This document shows positions 8,210 to 17,060 of a DNA stretch of 30,014 nucleotides, in pieces. The position numbers were made by a program, and so were the translations under genes. Location: contig CAYVAP010000003.1 in NCBI GenBank assembly GCA_964449365.1, positions 1-30,014 on the forward strand. The letters run 5' to 3'. This DNA comes from an uncultured Bacteroidia bacterium (lineage in GTDB: Bacteria > Bacteroidota > Bacteroidia > J057). The number at the start of each line of letters is the position of its first letter. The stretch's first letter is position 1. The notes beneath the pieces were generated by a model. That model did no database searches. It worked only from the letters and a program-made list of their open reading frames with translations, and was not told the DNA's origin.

Positions 8210-9205
8210 ATGTCTAATTCGCTTTTTTCTCGTGTGTATGTGACCGGCGGGGCTGGCTACGTAGGGGCGGTCTTGGTGCCCAAGCTGCTCAATGTCGGCT
8301 ACGCTGTCACCGTCCTGGATCTGATGATCTATGGCGAGGACGTACTGCCCGAACATCCGCAACTGACCAAGGTCAAAGGCGACATCCGCGATCGGGATTT
8401 GCTCCAGCAGACCATTCCCGGCCACGATGCCCTCATCCACTTGGCCTGCATCAGCAACGACCCGAGCTTCGATCTCAACCCTGAATTGGGAAAAAGCATC
8501 AACCTCGATGCCTTCGAGCCGATGGTGCAGGTTGCGAAAGAAGCTGGAGTAAAGCGTTTCATCTACGCCTCCTCCTCCAGTGTGTATGGTATCAAAGATG
8601 AGCCCAATGTAACCGAAGACATGAGCCTGGAGCCACTCACGGATTACTCCAAGTTCAAGGCCATGTGTGAGGAGATCCTGGCCAAGTATCAGAGTCCCGA
8701 TTTCACTACGGTGACCATCCGTCCTTCCACGGTGTGTGGTTATTCGCCGCGTCAGCGCCTGGATCTGGTGGTCAACATCCTCACCAACCTAGCCATCAAC
8801 AAAGGCGAGATCACCGTCTTTGGCGGTACCCAAAAGCGCCCCAATCTTCACATCGAAGACATGACCGACCTATACCTGCTACTGCTGGAGCTGCCCGATG
8901 AGAAGGTCGCTGGCAAGGTGTACAATGCGGGCTATGAAAATCACCCGGTGGCCGAGCTAGCCGAGATCGTGAAAAAAGAGGTCGGCCCGCAAGTAAAGAT
9001 CTCTACCTCACCCACCGACGACCTGCGTAGCTACCACGTATCTTCGCAAAAGATCAAAGAAGAGCTAGGCTTCGAAGCCAAGCACACCATTGACCAGGCG
9101 GTAGCTGACCTCAAAAAAGCTTTCGAAGCAGGAAAGTTGCCCGAGTCTCTGGCCGATCCCAAATATTTCAACGTCAAGCTGATGCAGCTGATCGAGTTGA
9201 AGTAA
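8210..9205 (+). CDS. NAD-dependent epimerase/dehydratase (extended SDR)
   Basis: VTGGAGYVG, HLA, YASSSSVYG, catalytic YSKFK and 'GYSPRQRLDLVVN'. Confidence 0.92.
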   Translation: MSNSLFSRVYVTGGAGYVGAVLVPKLLNVGYAVTVLDLMIYGEDVLPEHPQLTKVKGDIRDRDLLQQTIPGHDALIHLACISNDPSFDLNPELGKSINLDAFEPMVQVAKEAGVKRFIYASSSSVYGIKDEPNVTEDMSLEPLTDYSKFKAMCEEILAKYQSPDFTTVTIRPSTVCGYSPRQRLDLVVNILTNLAINKGEITVFGGTQKRPNLHIEDMTDLYLLLLELPDEKVAGKVYNAGYENHPVAELAEIVKKEVGPQVKISTSPTDDLRSYHVSSQKIKEELGFEAKHTIDQAVADLKKAFEAGKLPESLADPKYFNVKLMQLIELK

Positions 9206-9229
9206 GCCCGAATTTCACCTATTTGCCTC

Positions 9230-10066
9230 ATGAACCCTTCTGACGTAAAAGAACATCAGCCTCTTCCGTTCGATCGCGAGACCATGCTGGCGCAGATCCG
9301 GGAGCGTAGGGACTTTTTCCTGAACAACGTCCGGATTTTGCGGCAGCGCGATCCCAATGATCATTACTGGCGAAATTTCGACGATCTATCGCAGCAGGAG
9401 CGGGACGGGCAGCTATTCGAAACCGGCATGGTACAAATCTGGATCGGTAGTCATTTGCGCCCTAAGCGTATTCTGGAAATCGGCACCCGCACGGGAGGCT
9501 CCTTGGTCAACCTGCTCTCCCCCTACTGCCGCTCTGATCTGGAAGAGGTAAAGGTGGTGTCTTTCGACCTGTGGCGCGAGTATTTTAGCGTGACCTGGTT
9601 CTCCCGCCTGCTGACGCGTCTGAAATACGGCCCTCAGGCAGGGCCCGGCTCGCAGATAAACATCTCACGCCGCTATATGCAGTACTTCGATGGCCTGATC
9701 CAGACCTTGGCTACTGGCAAAGTGAAGCGCAACCTGCGCCATTTCAATTTGCCGACCCACTCGTTGCTCTTCATCTCGGGCGATTCGAAGCAGACGGTGC
9801 CTGCCTATTTCAAGCGTCATCCCGAAGCTACTTTCGATTATGTATTGGTGGACGGGGCACACGATGAAGAAACGGCGCTTATCGACTTGGAAAACGTTGC
9901 GCCTTATGTAGCCCCAGGCGGGGTACTGGTGTTCGATGACATCGGCCCCGAGAGCTATCGCCTGGGCGGGGTCTGGGATGCGTTCAAAGCTAAGCATAAG
10001 AACGAATTTGCCTTCGTCGAAGTTTACCACCGCAAAGGGGTGGCTTGGGCGTTTCGACGTGCTTAG
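9230..10066 (+). CDS. Class I SAM-dependent methyltransferase (Methyltransf_24-like)
   Basis: 'ILEIGTRTGGS' motif I, 'FDYVLVDGAH' and 'PGGVLVFDD'. Confidence 0.85.
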   Translation: MNPSDVKEHQPLPFDRETMLAQIRERRDFFLNNVRILRQRDPNDHYWRNFDDLSQQERDGQLFETGMVQIWIGSHLRPKRILEIGTRTGGSLVNLLSPYCRSDLEEVKVVSFDLWREYFSVTWFSRLLTRLKYGPQAGPGSQINISRRYMQYFDGLIQTLATGKVKRNLRHFNLPTHSLLFISGDSKQTVPAYFKRHPEATFDYVLVDGAHDEETALIDLENVAPYVAPGGVLVFDDIGPESYRLGGVWDAFKAKHKNEFAFVEVYHRKGVAWAFRRA

Positions 10067-10147
10067 GGCCAGGCCATCGAAGAGAAGGATGAGCCAATAT
10101 GTACCCACCACAGTCAGCTATGAATGCTGATCTTATTCAATTTATCT

Positions 10148-11275
10148 ATGCCACAAACCAAACTCCGCGTACCTTACGTCGATCTGGGCGGTCAATACGG
10201 CTCAATCAAGCAGGAAGTGATGGAAGCGATCAGCCGAACCTTGGACTCGGGCTGGTTTATCTTGGGGAAAGAAGTGGAGGCTTTTGAGGCAGCCTTTGCT
10301 GAGATGCACGGTGTGCCTTACGCCGTAGGGGTGAATAGCGGCACCGACGCGCTGATCTTGGTGATGCAGGCCCTAGGCATCGGGGCTGGCGATGAGGCCA
10401 TCGTGCCGCCCAACTCATACCTGGCTTCTGCTTCGGCAGTAGCGCTGGTCGGAGCCACGCCGGTATTCGTGGATGTGGCCGAGGATTACAACCTCGACCC
10501 GGCCAAGATCGAGGCGGCTATCACCCCCCGCACCAAGGCCATCGTGGCGGTTCACTTGACGGGGCGGCCAGCCAACATGGAGGCCATCATGGCCATTGCT
10601 GACAAGCATGGCTTGCACGTGCTCGAAGACGCGGCCCAAGCCGTAGGGGCCCGCTATCAGGGGAAACCCGTGGGCTCTTTCGGTACCGCCGGCGGCTTCA
10701 GCCTGCATCCGCTCAAAAACCTCAGCGCCGCTGGCGACGGTGGCGTCATCACCACCCACGACGAGGCACTTTACCGTCGATTGCTCAAGGCCCGTACCCA
10801 CGGCCACCCCAACCGCGACGAGTGCGAGTTTTGGTCGATGAACTCGCGCCTCGACGCCTTACAGGCTGCCATTCTCAACGTGAAGATAAAGCACGTGGAA
10901 GGCTGGAACGCACGCCGCCGCGAGATCGCTGAGATCTATCAGGCGCGCATCGCTGACTATGTATGGGTGCCGCAGGACAAGCCCGGCGAATATGCTGTTT
11001 ACCACACCTTTATTGTCCAGACGGAGCAGCGTGATGCTTTGCAGCAGTATCTCAAGGAGGCTGGGGTAGATACCAAAATTCACTACCCGATTCCGATCCA
11101 CTTGCAGCAATCAGCCGCTTACCTGGGCTACCAAGAGGGGGACATGCCTGTTACGGAGCGACAGACTGAGACCATTCTGAGCCTACCCGTGTTCCCTGAG
11201 CTAAACGATGAGCAGATATACTACGTCTGCGAGGTCATCGCTGAATTTTTCGCCTCATCTGCATCGCATGACTGA
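10148..11275 (+). CDS. DegT/DnrJ/EryC1/StrS family PLP-dependent sugar aminotransferase
   Basis: 'VPYVDL', 'GVNSGTDAL', 'EDAAQA.GA', 'FSLHPLKNL..AGDGG' (PLP lysine), 'NSRLDALQAA' and 'IHYP.P.H.Q'. The start is taken at ATG 10148 (MPQTKL). Confidence 0.95.
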   Translation: MPQTKLRVPYVDLGGQYGSIKQEVMEAISRTLDSGWFILGKEVEAFEAAFAEMHGVPYAVGVNSGTDALILVMQALGIGAGDEAIVPPNSYLASASAVALVGATPVFVDVAEDYNLDPAKIEAAITPRTKAIVAVHLTGRPANMEAIMAIADKHGLHVLEDAAQAVGARYQGKPVGSFGTAGGFSLHPLKNLSAAGDGGVITTHDEALYRRLLKARTHGHPNRDECEFWSMNSRLDALQAAILNVKIKHVEGWNARRREIAEIYQARIADYVWVPQDKPGEYAVYHTFIVQTEQRDALQQYLKEAGVDTKIHYPIPIHLQQSAAYLGYQEGDMPVTERQTETILSLPVFPELNDEQIYYVCEVIAEFFASSASHD

Positions 11276-12317
11276 CTCCACCCTCTCTGCTCACCCCTTT
11301 GTGGCCGATTTTGAAGCGGCCATCCATCGCGATCGTGCGCATATTGCCTCTTGGATGGTCTCGTGGGCTTACCAAGACCAGCGTAGCCGACTGGATAAGC
11401 GCTACAACTCCACTTTCCCGCAAGATTTTTATGCTTTTTCAGGTCCGGAAGATCTGGCCCAATGGGTGAACTGGAACCTGAGTTTTCCTCATCCAGATTA
11501 TTTCCTAGATGAAACTGGGCAAGACCTGATCGAGCAAGCGGCGCAGGTAGATCTGCCTCTTTTTGGGAAAAATGGCATAGAAGTGGATTCCGATAAGTAC
11601 CGCGCGGTGCTAGGGCGGCGCAACATGCAAGACTATCGCCTGGCCCATTTCTATCCCGTGCCGGAACGCTACGAGGTTCGGTCGGTGCTGGATTTTGGGG
11701 CAGGATACGGGCGGCAGGCCAACTTGTGGACCCAGCAACCGGATATTCGCTTTCTGAGCATGGATGCCATCCCCAAGGCATACTGCCTGCAGCGTTTTTA
11801 CTACGAACAACTGGATGTGCCTCTGCGCGAGTACTGCGCCGACCCGACCCATTTTGCGATTGACGATGATCCCGGTATCTATCACCTGCCAACCTGGCGC
11901 TTTGATCTGATTCCTGATCGTTCGCTAGACCTCATTTTGTGCATCCAGGTGCTACCGGAGCTAAGCAATAAATTGGTTCGCTACCTCATTCAGCAGTTTC
12001 GACGAGTACTCAAGCCTGGTGGCGCCCTCCTTCTGCGAGACGGAGGTAGCTGGTTGCGCTGGGGGCCAGGCTTTTCGCAGCCGTCATACCTGCGTCGCCA
12101 CGGGTTTGTGCTGGAATTTTGTCCCCACACGCTACATGGCGAAGACATGCATGGAGTTACGCGCATTTGGCGCCAAACCGATCCGCGCATCTTGGCGCAA
12201 CGGCAGCGTAGCCCGAAACAACAGGCCTGGGCTTGGGCCAACTATGTTGATTCTCTCGCTGGTGGCGTGATGAGCCGTACAGCTAAACGCTTTATTTCCA
12301 AGAAATCCCCCTCATGA
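11268..12317 (+). CDS. Class I SAM-dependent methyltransferase (putative sugar O-methyltransferase)
   Basis: 'VLDFGAGYGRQA' motif I, 'LDLILCIQVLPEL' and 'RRVLKPGGALLLRD'. ATG 11268 overlaps the upstream stop (ATGACTGA), which supports this start over the track's 11208. Confidence 0.82.
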   Translation: MTDSTLSAHPFVADFEAAIHRDRAHIASWMVSWAYQDQRSRLDKRYNSTFPQDFYAFSGPEDLAQWVNWNLSFPHPDYFLDETGQDLIEQAAQVDLPLFGKNGIEVDSDKYRAVLGRRNMQDYRLAHFYPVPERYEVRSVLDFGAGYGRQANLWTQQPDIRFLSMDAIPKAYCLQRFYYEQLDVPLREYCADPTHFAIDDDPGIYHLPTWRFDLIPDRSLDLILCIQVLPELSNKLVRYLIQQFRRVLKPGGALLLRDGGSWLRWGPGFSQPSYLRRHGFVLEFCPHTLHGEDMHGVTRIWRQTDPRILAQRQRSPKQQAWAWANYVDSLAGGVMSRTAKRFISKKSPS

Positions 12318-13312
12318 AATCTCTCGTAACCGGCGGCTGTGGCTTCATCGGTAGTCATCTGGTCGACGCACTCTTAGCCCAAGGCGACGAGGTCGTGGTC
12401 TTGGACAATTTTTCCACCGGACGCCCCCAAAATCTGGACCACCAGAAAGGCCATCCCCAGCTGAGGTTGCATCAGGTGGATATCGGAGAATACGGGGCCA
12501 TCGATGGCCTCTTCGAGGGGGTTGACCGGGTGTTTCATATCGCGGCCCTAGCCGATATTGTGCCCTCCATTCAGAATCCTATTCAGTACCATCGCTCCAA
12601 CGTGGATGGTACCATCAACGTGCTGGAAGCCTCGCGCCACGCCGGGGTCAAGCGGCTGATCTACGCCGCCTCTTCGTCTTGCTATGGCATCCCCGATCAC
12701 TATCCTACGCCCGAGACGGCAGAGATTCGCCCGGAATATCCCTACGCCACCACCAAGTGGATCGGCGAGCAGTACGTGCTCAATTGGCACAAGGTCTACA
12801 AGCTGCCGACGACTTCGCTGCGCTTCTTCAACGTCTATGGGCCGCGCAGCCGCACCTCTGGTACCTATGGAGCCGTGTTTGGGGTGTTTTTGGCTCAAAA
12901 GCTCAATGGCGAACCCTACACTGTGGTGGGCGACGGCACCCAAACCCGCGACTTCACCTTCGTGACCGATGTGGCGGCGGCCTGCATCGCGGCGGCAGAA
13001 CATGACGCAGCCATCGGTGAGGTGATGAATATCGGCAGCGGTGGTACCTACAGTGTCAATCGATTGGTGGAACTGTTAGGCGGCGAAAAGACGTACATCC
13101 CCAAGCGACCGGGAGAGCCCGATTGTACCTTTGCCGATACCAGTAAGATCAAGCGCCTGATCGGGTGGGAGCCTAAGGTATCCTTCGAAGAAGGCGTAGC
13201 CAGGATGCTGGAAAACATCGACTACTGGCGCGAAGCGCCGCTGTGGACCCCCGACAAGATCGCCGAGGCCACCAAAGATTGGTTCAAATACCTCGGAGAC
13301 GAGCCAAGCTGA
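12314..13312 (+). CDS. NAD-dependent epimerase/dehydratase (extended SDR, UDP-glucose 4-epimerase-like fold)
   Basis: VTGGCGFIGSH, 'FHIAALA', 'YAASSSCYG', catalytic YATTK, 'LRFFNVYGPR' and 'GDGTQTRDF'. ATGA overlap with the upstream stop. Confidence 0.93.
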   Translation: MKSLVTGGCGFIGSHLVDALLAQGDEVVVLDNFSTGRPQNLDHQKGHPQLRLHQVDIGEYGAIDGLFEGVDRVFHIAALADIVPSIQNPIQYHRSNVDGTINVLEASRHAGVKRLIYAASSSCYGIPDHYPTPETAEIRPEYPYATTKWIGEQYVLNWHKVYKLPTTSLRFFNVYGPRSRTSGTYGAVFGVFLAQKLNGEPYTVVGDGTQTRDFTFVTDVAAACIAAAEHDAAIGEVMNIGSGGTYSVNRLVELLGGEKTYIPKRPGEPDCTFADTSKIKRLIGWEPKVSFEEGVARMLENIDYWREAPLWTPDKIAEATKDWFKYLGDEPS

Positions 13313-13353
13313 TCGATTGCTATGGCTCGATCATGGTTCCCTCACACTTGCAC

Positions 13354-14871
13354 ATGAAAGACAAAATCGTATCGCTAGAATTGCTGGCCGATCGCATCGC
13401 AGAGCTCAAAGCGCAAGGAAAAAAAGTTGCTCACTGCCATGGGTGCTTTGACCTGTTGCACCTCGGACACATCAAGCATTTTGAAGCGGCGCGCGAAGCA
13501 GCCGACGCGCTGGTGGTTACTATCACCCCGGATCACCACGTCAATAAGGGGCCCGGTCGGCCTGTTTTCAACGAGCAGATGCGCCTCGAAACCTTGGCTT
13601 CGCTGGAGGTAGTAGACTTCGTGGCCCTCAACCGCTGGCCGACGGCTATCGAATTGCTCAAGCTCGTCAAGCCGACCTACTACGTCAAGGGGCAGGACTA
13701 CCGCGACTTTGGGGAGGACCTGACGGGCAACATCGCCAAAGAAGTGGCCGCAGTGCGCTCGGTGGGCGGGGATGTGTACTTCACCGACGAGGTAACCTTT
13801 TCTTCCTCCAAGCTGATCAACGAAAACTTTAGCCCTCTCAGCGAAACGGCTCAGGAGTTCCTCTACCAGTTCAAGGAAAAACACAGCCCTGATGATATCA
13901 TTGCGCAGATCGAGTCGCTCTCTGAGGTACGGGTGCTGGTGATCGGGGATACCATCATCGATGAGTATCACTACGTACACCCGCTGGGAAAATCATCAAA
14001 GTCGCCGACCTTGTCGACCAAGTTTCACCGGGCGCAGAACTTCGCGGGCGGGGTGTTGGCCATCGCCAATCACTTAAACGAATTTGCCGGAAAGGCCGAA
14101 ATGATCTCTGTCCTGGGCCGCGAAAATGATCAGATAGAGGTGATCGCGCCCAACTTACACACCGACATCGAGACGCGTTTTTTTTACCGTGAGGATGGGC
14201 CTACCCCCACCAAGCGTCGCTACCTGACGCAGTTTCAGAACAGCAAGATTTTTGAAGTCACCTTTATGAATGATCAATATCTCCCCCCTGAGGTAGAGGA
14301 TCAGATCATTCAGTATCTAGAGAGCCGCTTACCCGAGCTAGATGTGGTGATGATCGCGGATTTTGGGCATGGGTTGATCACGCCGCGTATCCAGCAATTT
14401 TTGGCTGAAGCGGACATCTTCGTAGCCGTGAATGCCCAGACCAATTCCAACAATTTCGGCTACAACTACATCACCAAGTACCTGGGCTGCGACTACATCT
14501 CCATCGACGAAAACGAGCTGCGGCTCCCCTTTGGTGAGCGCTATGGCGAATTGGAAACCCTGGTCCAGCGCTTGACGGATATTACTGGCTGTCAAAACGT
14601 TACGATCACTCTCGGGGGCGAAGGCGCTTTGTACTATCACGCGAAGGAGTTTTACCGGGTGCCAGCCATGGCCACCAGTGTGGTAGATTCGGTGGGGGCG
14701 GGCGATGCCGTGCTATCGGTCAGCTCGCTATTGGCCTATCAGGGATGTTCGCCTGAGATTTTGCCCTACATTGGCAATTGCGTAGGTGCACTCGCGGTGC
14801 AGATCATCGGCAACCAGCGCCCCGTTAACAAGGTTGAATTGAACAAGATGATCAGCCACATGCTTAAATAA
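13354..14871 (+). CDS. Bifunctional nucleotidyltransferase (cytidylyltransferase-like, N-terminal) / PfkB-family sugar kinase (C-terminal); HldE/RfaE-related with reversed domain order
   Basis: N-terminal 'HGCFDLLHLGHIKHF' (HxGH), 'NKGPGRP' and 'YVKGQDY'. C-terminal 'VLVIGDTIIDEY', 'DFGHG', 'ITLGGEG' and 'VDSVGAGD' (PfkB signature). The start is taken at ATG 13354 (ATG 13333 is an alternative); the track's 13243 overlaps the upstream gene. Confidence 0.88.
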   Translation: MKDKIVSLELLADRIAELKAQGKKVAHCHGCFDLLHLGHIKHFEAAREAADALVVTITPDHHVNKGPGRPVFNEQMRLETLASLEVVDFVALNRWPTAIELLKLVKPTYYVKGQDYRDFGEDLTGNIAKEVAAVRSVGGDVYFTDEVTFSSSKLINENFSPLSETAQEFLYQFKEKHSPDDIIAQIESLSEVRVLVIGDTIIDEYHYVHPLGKSSKSPTLSTKFHRAQNFAGGVLAIANHLNEFAGKAEMISVLGRENDQIEVIAPNLHTDIETRFFYREDGPTPTKRRYLTQFQNSKIFEVTFMNDQYLPPEVEDQIIQYLESRLPELDVVMIADFGHGLITPRIQQFLAEADIFVAVNAQTNSNNFGYNYITKYLGCDYISIDENELRLPFGERYGELETLVQRLTDITGCQNVTITLGGEGALYYHAKEFYRVPAMATSVVDSVGAGDAVLSVSSLLAYQGCSPEILPYIGNCVGALAVQIIGNQRPVNKVELNKMISHMLK

Positions 14872-14914
14872 TGGCGCTTCACCGCCGTTTTTTACCCGGA
14901 AAAAATCACTCCTC

Positions 14915-15556
14915 ATGCAAGAGACTCAGGCCTTCTTCCAGCGATACCTTCAAGATTTTACCGATGCGATGATGAGCATCGAAGCCAGCCAGTCAGACCA
15001 AGCCTATCTGCCCGCTAAAGCTCTGGAAGAGATCAGGCAGTGGCTGCTGCAACTGCAAGCCTCTGGCCAAAAAATCATGATCATCGGCAACGGTGGCAGT
15101 GCCGGGGTAGCTAGCCACATGGGCATCGATTTCTGGAAAAATGGGAACGTGCGCTGCCTGACCTTTAACGATGGGGCCTTGCTTACCTGTCTTTCAAACG
15201 ACTACAGCTACGAAGAAGCCTTCGCCGCAGCGGTGAACCAGTTTGGCGATCAAGGCGACCTGTTGATCGCCATCAGCAGCTCGGGTAGCTCACGCAACAT
15301 CCTCAACGCGGCTGAGCTAGCGGCGAAAAAAGGCATCCGGGTGATTACCTGCTCGGGTTTTCAGCCTGACAATCCGCTGCGCAAAATAGGAGACGTCAAT
15401 TTTTACGTCCCCTCCTTTTCTTATGGCTTCGTAGAAACCATCCATCAGCTCATCATCCATGCGATGCTCGACGTCAAGCTGTATCACGACGATCAGTTGG
15501 ATATCTTTTATCGCAACTTGCCCATGAACGCCGAAGCAGATTCCCACCCATCATAA
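14915..15556 (+). CDS. SIS-domain sugar-phosphate isomerase, GmhA (phosphoheptose isomerase)-like
   Basis: 'IIGNGGSAGVASH', 'LTCLSNDY.YE..FA', 'GDLLIAISSSG.S.NI' and 'YGFVETIH'. Substrate not established. Confidence 0.85.
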   Translation: MQETQAFFQRYLQDFTDAMMSIEASQSDQAYLPAKALEEIRQWLLQLQASGQKIMIIGNGGSAGVASHMGIDFWKNGNVRCLTFNDGALLTCLSNDYSYEEAFAAAVNQFGDQGDLLIAISSSGSSRNILNAAELAAKKGIRVITCSGFQPDNPLRKIGDVNFYVPSFSYGFVETIHQLIIHAMLDVKLYHDDQLDIFYRNLPMNAEADSHPS

Positions 15557-15607
15557 ATGGAACCTAGGGGTCGTAAGGGCTACGGGGGAGAGAGTTAAGA
15601 ACTGGAT

Positions 15608-15645
15608 AAAATAAAAAGGGACGCTTCCTAGTGGAAGTCGTCCCT
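15608..15645 (-). terminator. Intrinsic terminator for the convergent minus-strand START operon (possibly bidirectional)
   Basis: Stem agggacgcttcc (15617-15628), loop tagt, ggaag-t-cgtccct (15633-15645), preceded on + by aaaataaaa, which is the U-tract on the minus strand. Confidence 0.7.
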
Positions 15646-15724
15646 ACAGCACAACCATGAAAACACGATGTAAATCTAAGGGTCTGCAGGGACTTGTGCA
15701 AGGGCTATTCATAATTTTTTTCAA

Positions 15725-16444
15725 TTAATTGTGAGTGCTGTCCCTCTGACTGGCCGCAGGGGCATGGGGCGTGGCGGGAGTCGGCTCCTGGATATACGGT
15801 AGCCGGAGCCGCTGGTAAAAAGGAGATTCGACCCGCTCCAAAAAAAGCTTTAAGCTCTGCACCGGGCCTACGTTGATAGCTGCCCGAGTGAGCCAGGCGG
15901 GAATTGATCCACCCGCGTCGGCGAAGAGGTAATACGTGATATGAACCCGGCCCGCCTCTAGGGGGCGCACCGTCCAGCGCGAAAAGGCCTTTTGCACACG
16001 CACCACTCCCTCTATGGGAGGAAGGTACTGCGGGATCGCCCTCGCATCGAGATATACAGTCAGGGTGCGAGGGTCTTGCCGGGTGGTGGCGGCCAGCACA
16101 AAGTCTCGATCATCGAACCAAAGCGGAAAGTCGCTGCGAGTGTGATAAAGGTACTGCCCTGGCCCTTGAGTCTCGATCACCCGACTGCTCTCACAAGCAT
16201 ACACCCACTCAGAAAAATGCTCAGCATCGTTGATCACTGATACAGCCCCAGAGATGGAAGTCTCAGCCTCCAGGGTGATTTTCAACTCTGGCACCCGGCT
16301 GCTGTCGGCATAATGGTGATACACCTCGATATGATCGACTGACTTGACCAGTTCCCAAGCTCTGGTTTCAGTCTGTGCGCTTACCTGGCCGCTCAGCATG
16401 AGCGCGGCTGCGGCGAGATACCATGGCCATGGCTTACTCGGCAT
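15725..16444 (-). CDS. START domain (lipid-binding) secreted protein
   Basis: Signal peptide ending VSA|Q, followed by 'WELVK..D.IEVY', 'EWVY.C..S', 'FPLWFDDRDFV', 'W...P...G...ITY....D.GGSIPAWL' (START/polyketide cyclase-like fold). Confidence 0.85.
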   Translation of the reverse strand: MPSKPWPWYLAAAALMLSGQVSAQTETRAWELVKSVDHIEVYHHYADSSRVPELKITLEAETSISGAVSVINDAEHFSEWVYACESSRVIETQGPGQYLYHTRSDFPLWFDDRDFVLAATTRQDPRTLTVYLDARAIPQYLPPIEGVVRVQKAFSRWTVRPLEAGRVHITYYLFADAGGSIPAWLTRAAINVGPVQSLKLFLERVESPFYQRLRLPYIQEPTPATPHAPAASQRDSTHN

Positions 16445-16799
16445 GCTTGCTCTCTTGAGTCTGTGAAGTGGTGGCGCTCTCTGCTTCTGGCTGCTGCTCG
16501 ACCCGCACGAACAACTCGCGCCCTTCGCCGATGTCGATCACCTCACCGAATGCATCTCGCGCGCCGCTATAAAACTCCTGCGCGATCGACTTGGGAACGA
16601 ATATCCGCAACTCGTTGGCCATCAACGTCACGTGCATCCGCTCATAGGAATGGCTGTGCTGCAGGGCGTACACCAGCTTGTCGCCAAAAGATTCGCCGAA
16701 GGTCACGGCTTCTTCTACTTCTCCATGTTCAGAAAAGCGTTTGACATCATCTGCATCGCAGCGGACGAGAATCTGATTGGTTTCGAGGATCAGACGCAT
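16434..16799 (-). CDS. Conserved hypothetical protein (DUF7009-like)
   Basis: 'MRL....N....R....DV..F.E.G.V.E...FG......L.Y.L' pattern recalled from a small conserved family. Its stop overlaps the START gene's start by 11 bp. The start is taken at ATG 16799. Confidence 0.55.
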   Translation of the reverse strand: MRLILETNQILVRCDADDVKRFSEHGEVEEAVTFGESFGDKLVYALQHSHSYERMHVTLMANELRIFVPKSIAQEFYSGARDAFGEVIDIGEGRELFVRVEQQPEAESATTSQTQESKHAE

Positions 16800-17060
16800 A
16801 AGTTGAAAAGGTTGGTAGCGTGGTGACATCATCAATTTCCTTCACAAGGTAGCCAAAAACCCGTAGACCCCAGGGAGATTTCTGGATAAGACGAGAGGTT
16901 ATTTATTGTTGAGTTAAAATATTACATTGTTATAGGCGGCTGCTGTGCCACTCAGCGGATATCATTCGAAATCTTGCGCTGAGCGAAGCCAAAGGGTGAG
17001 CAACTCGATATGCCTTGCCTAAAGCAGCGAAGTTATGTATCATGCCGACCAAAAATCGTG

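Noticed and set aside
4809-15556. Glycan cluster as a mobile island
   Set aside because: No integrase, transposase, tRNA target or flanking direct repeats are visible, and no obvious compositional break can be seen by eye. A GC/codon-usage computation would be needed.
16951-16983. ctcagcg/cgctgag stem upstream of the T9SS plug gene as an ncRNA
   Set aside because: A 7-bp stem only, with no match to a riboswitch or RNA family that I can recognise.
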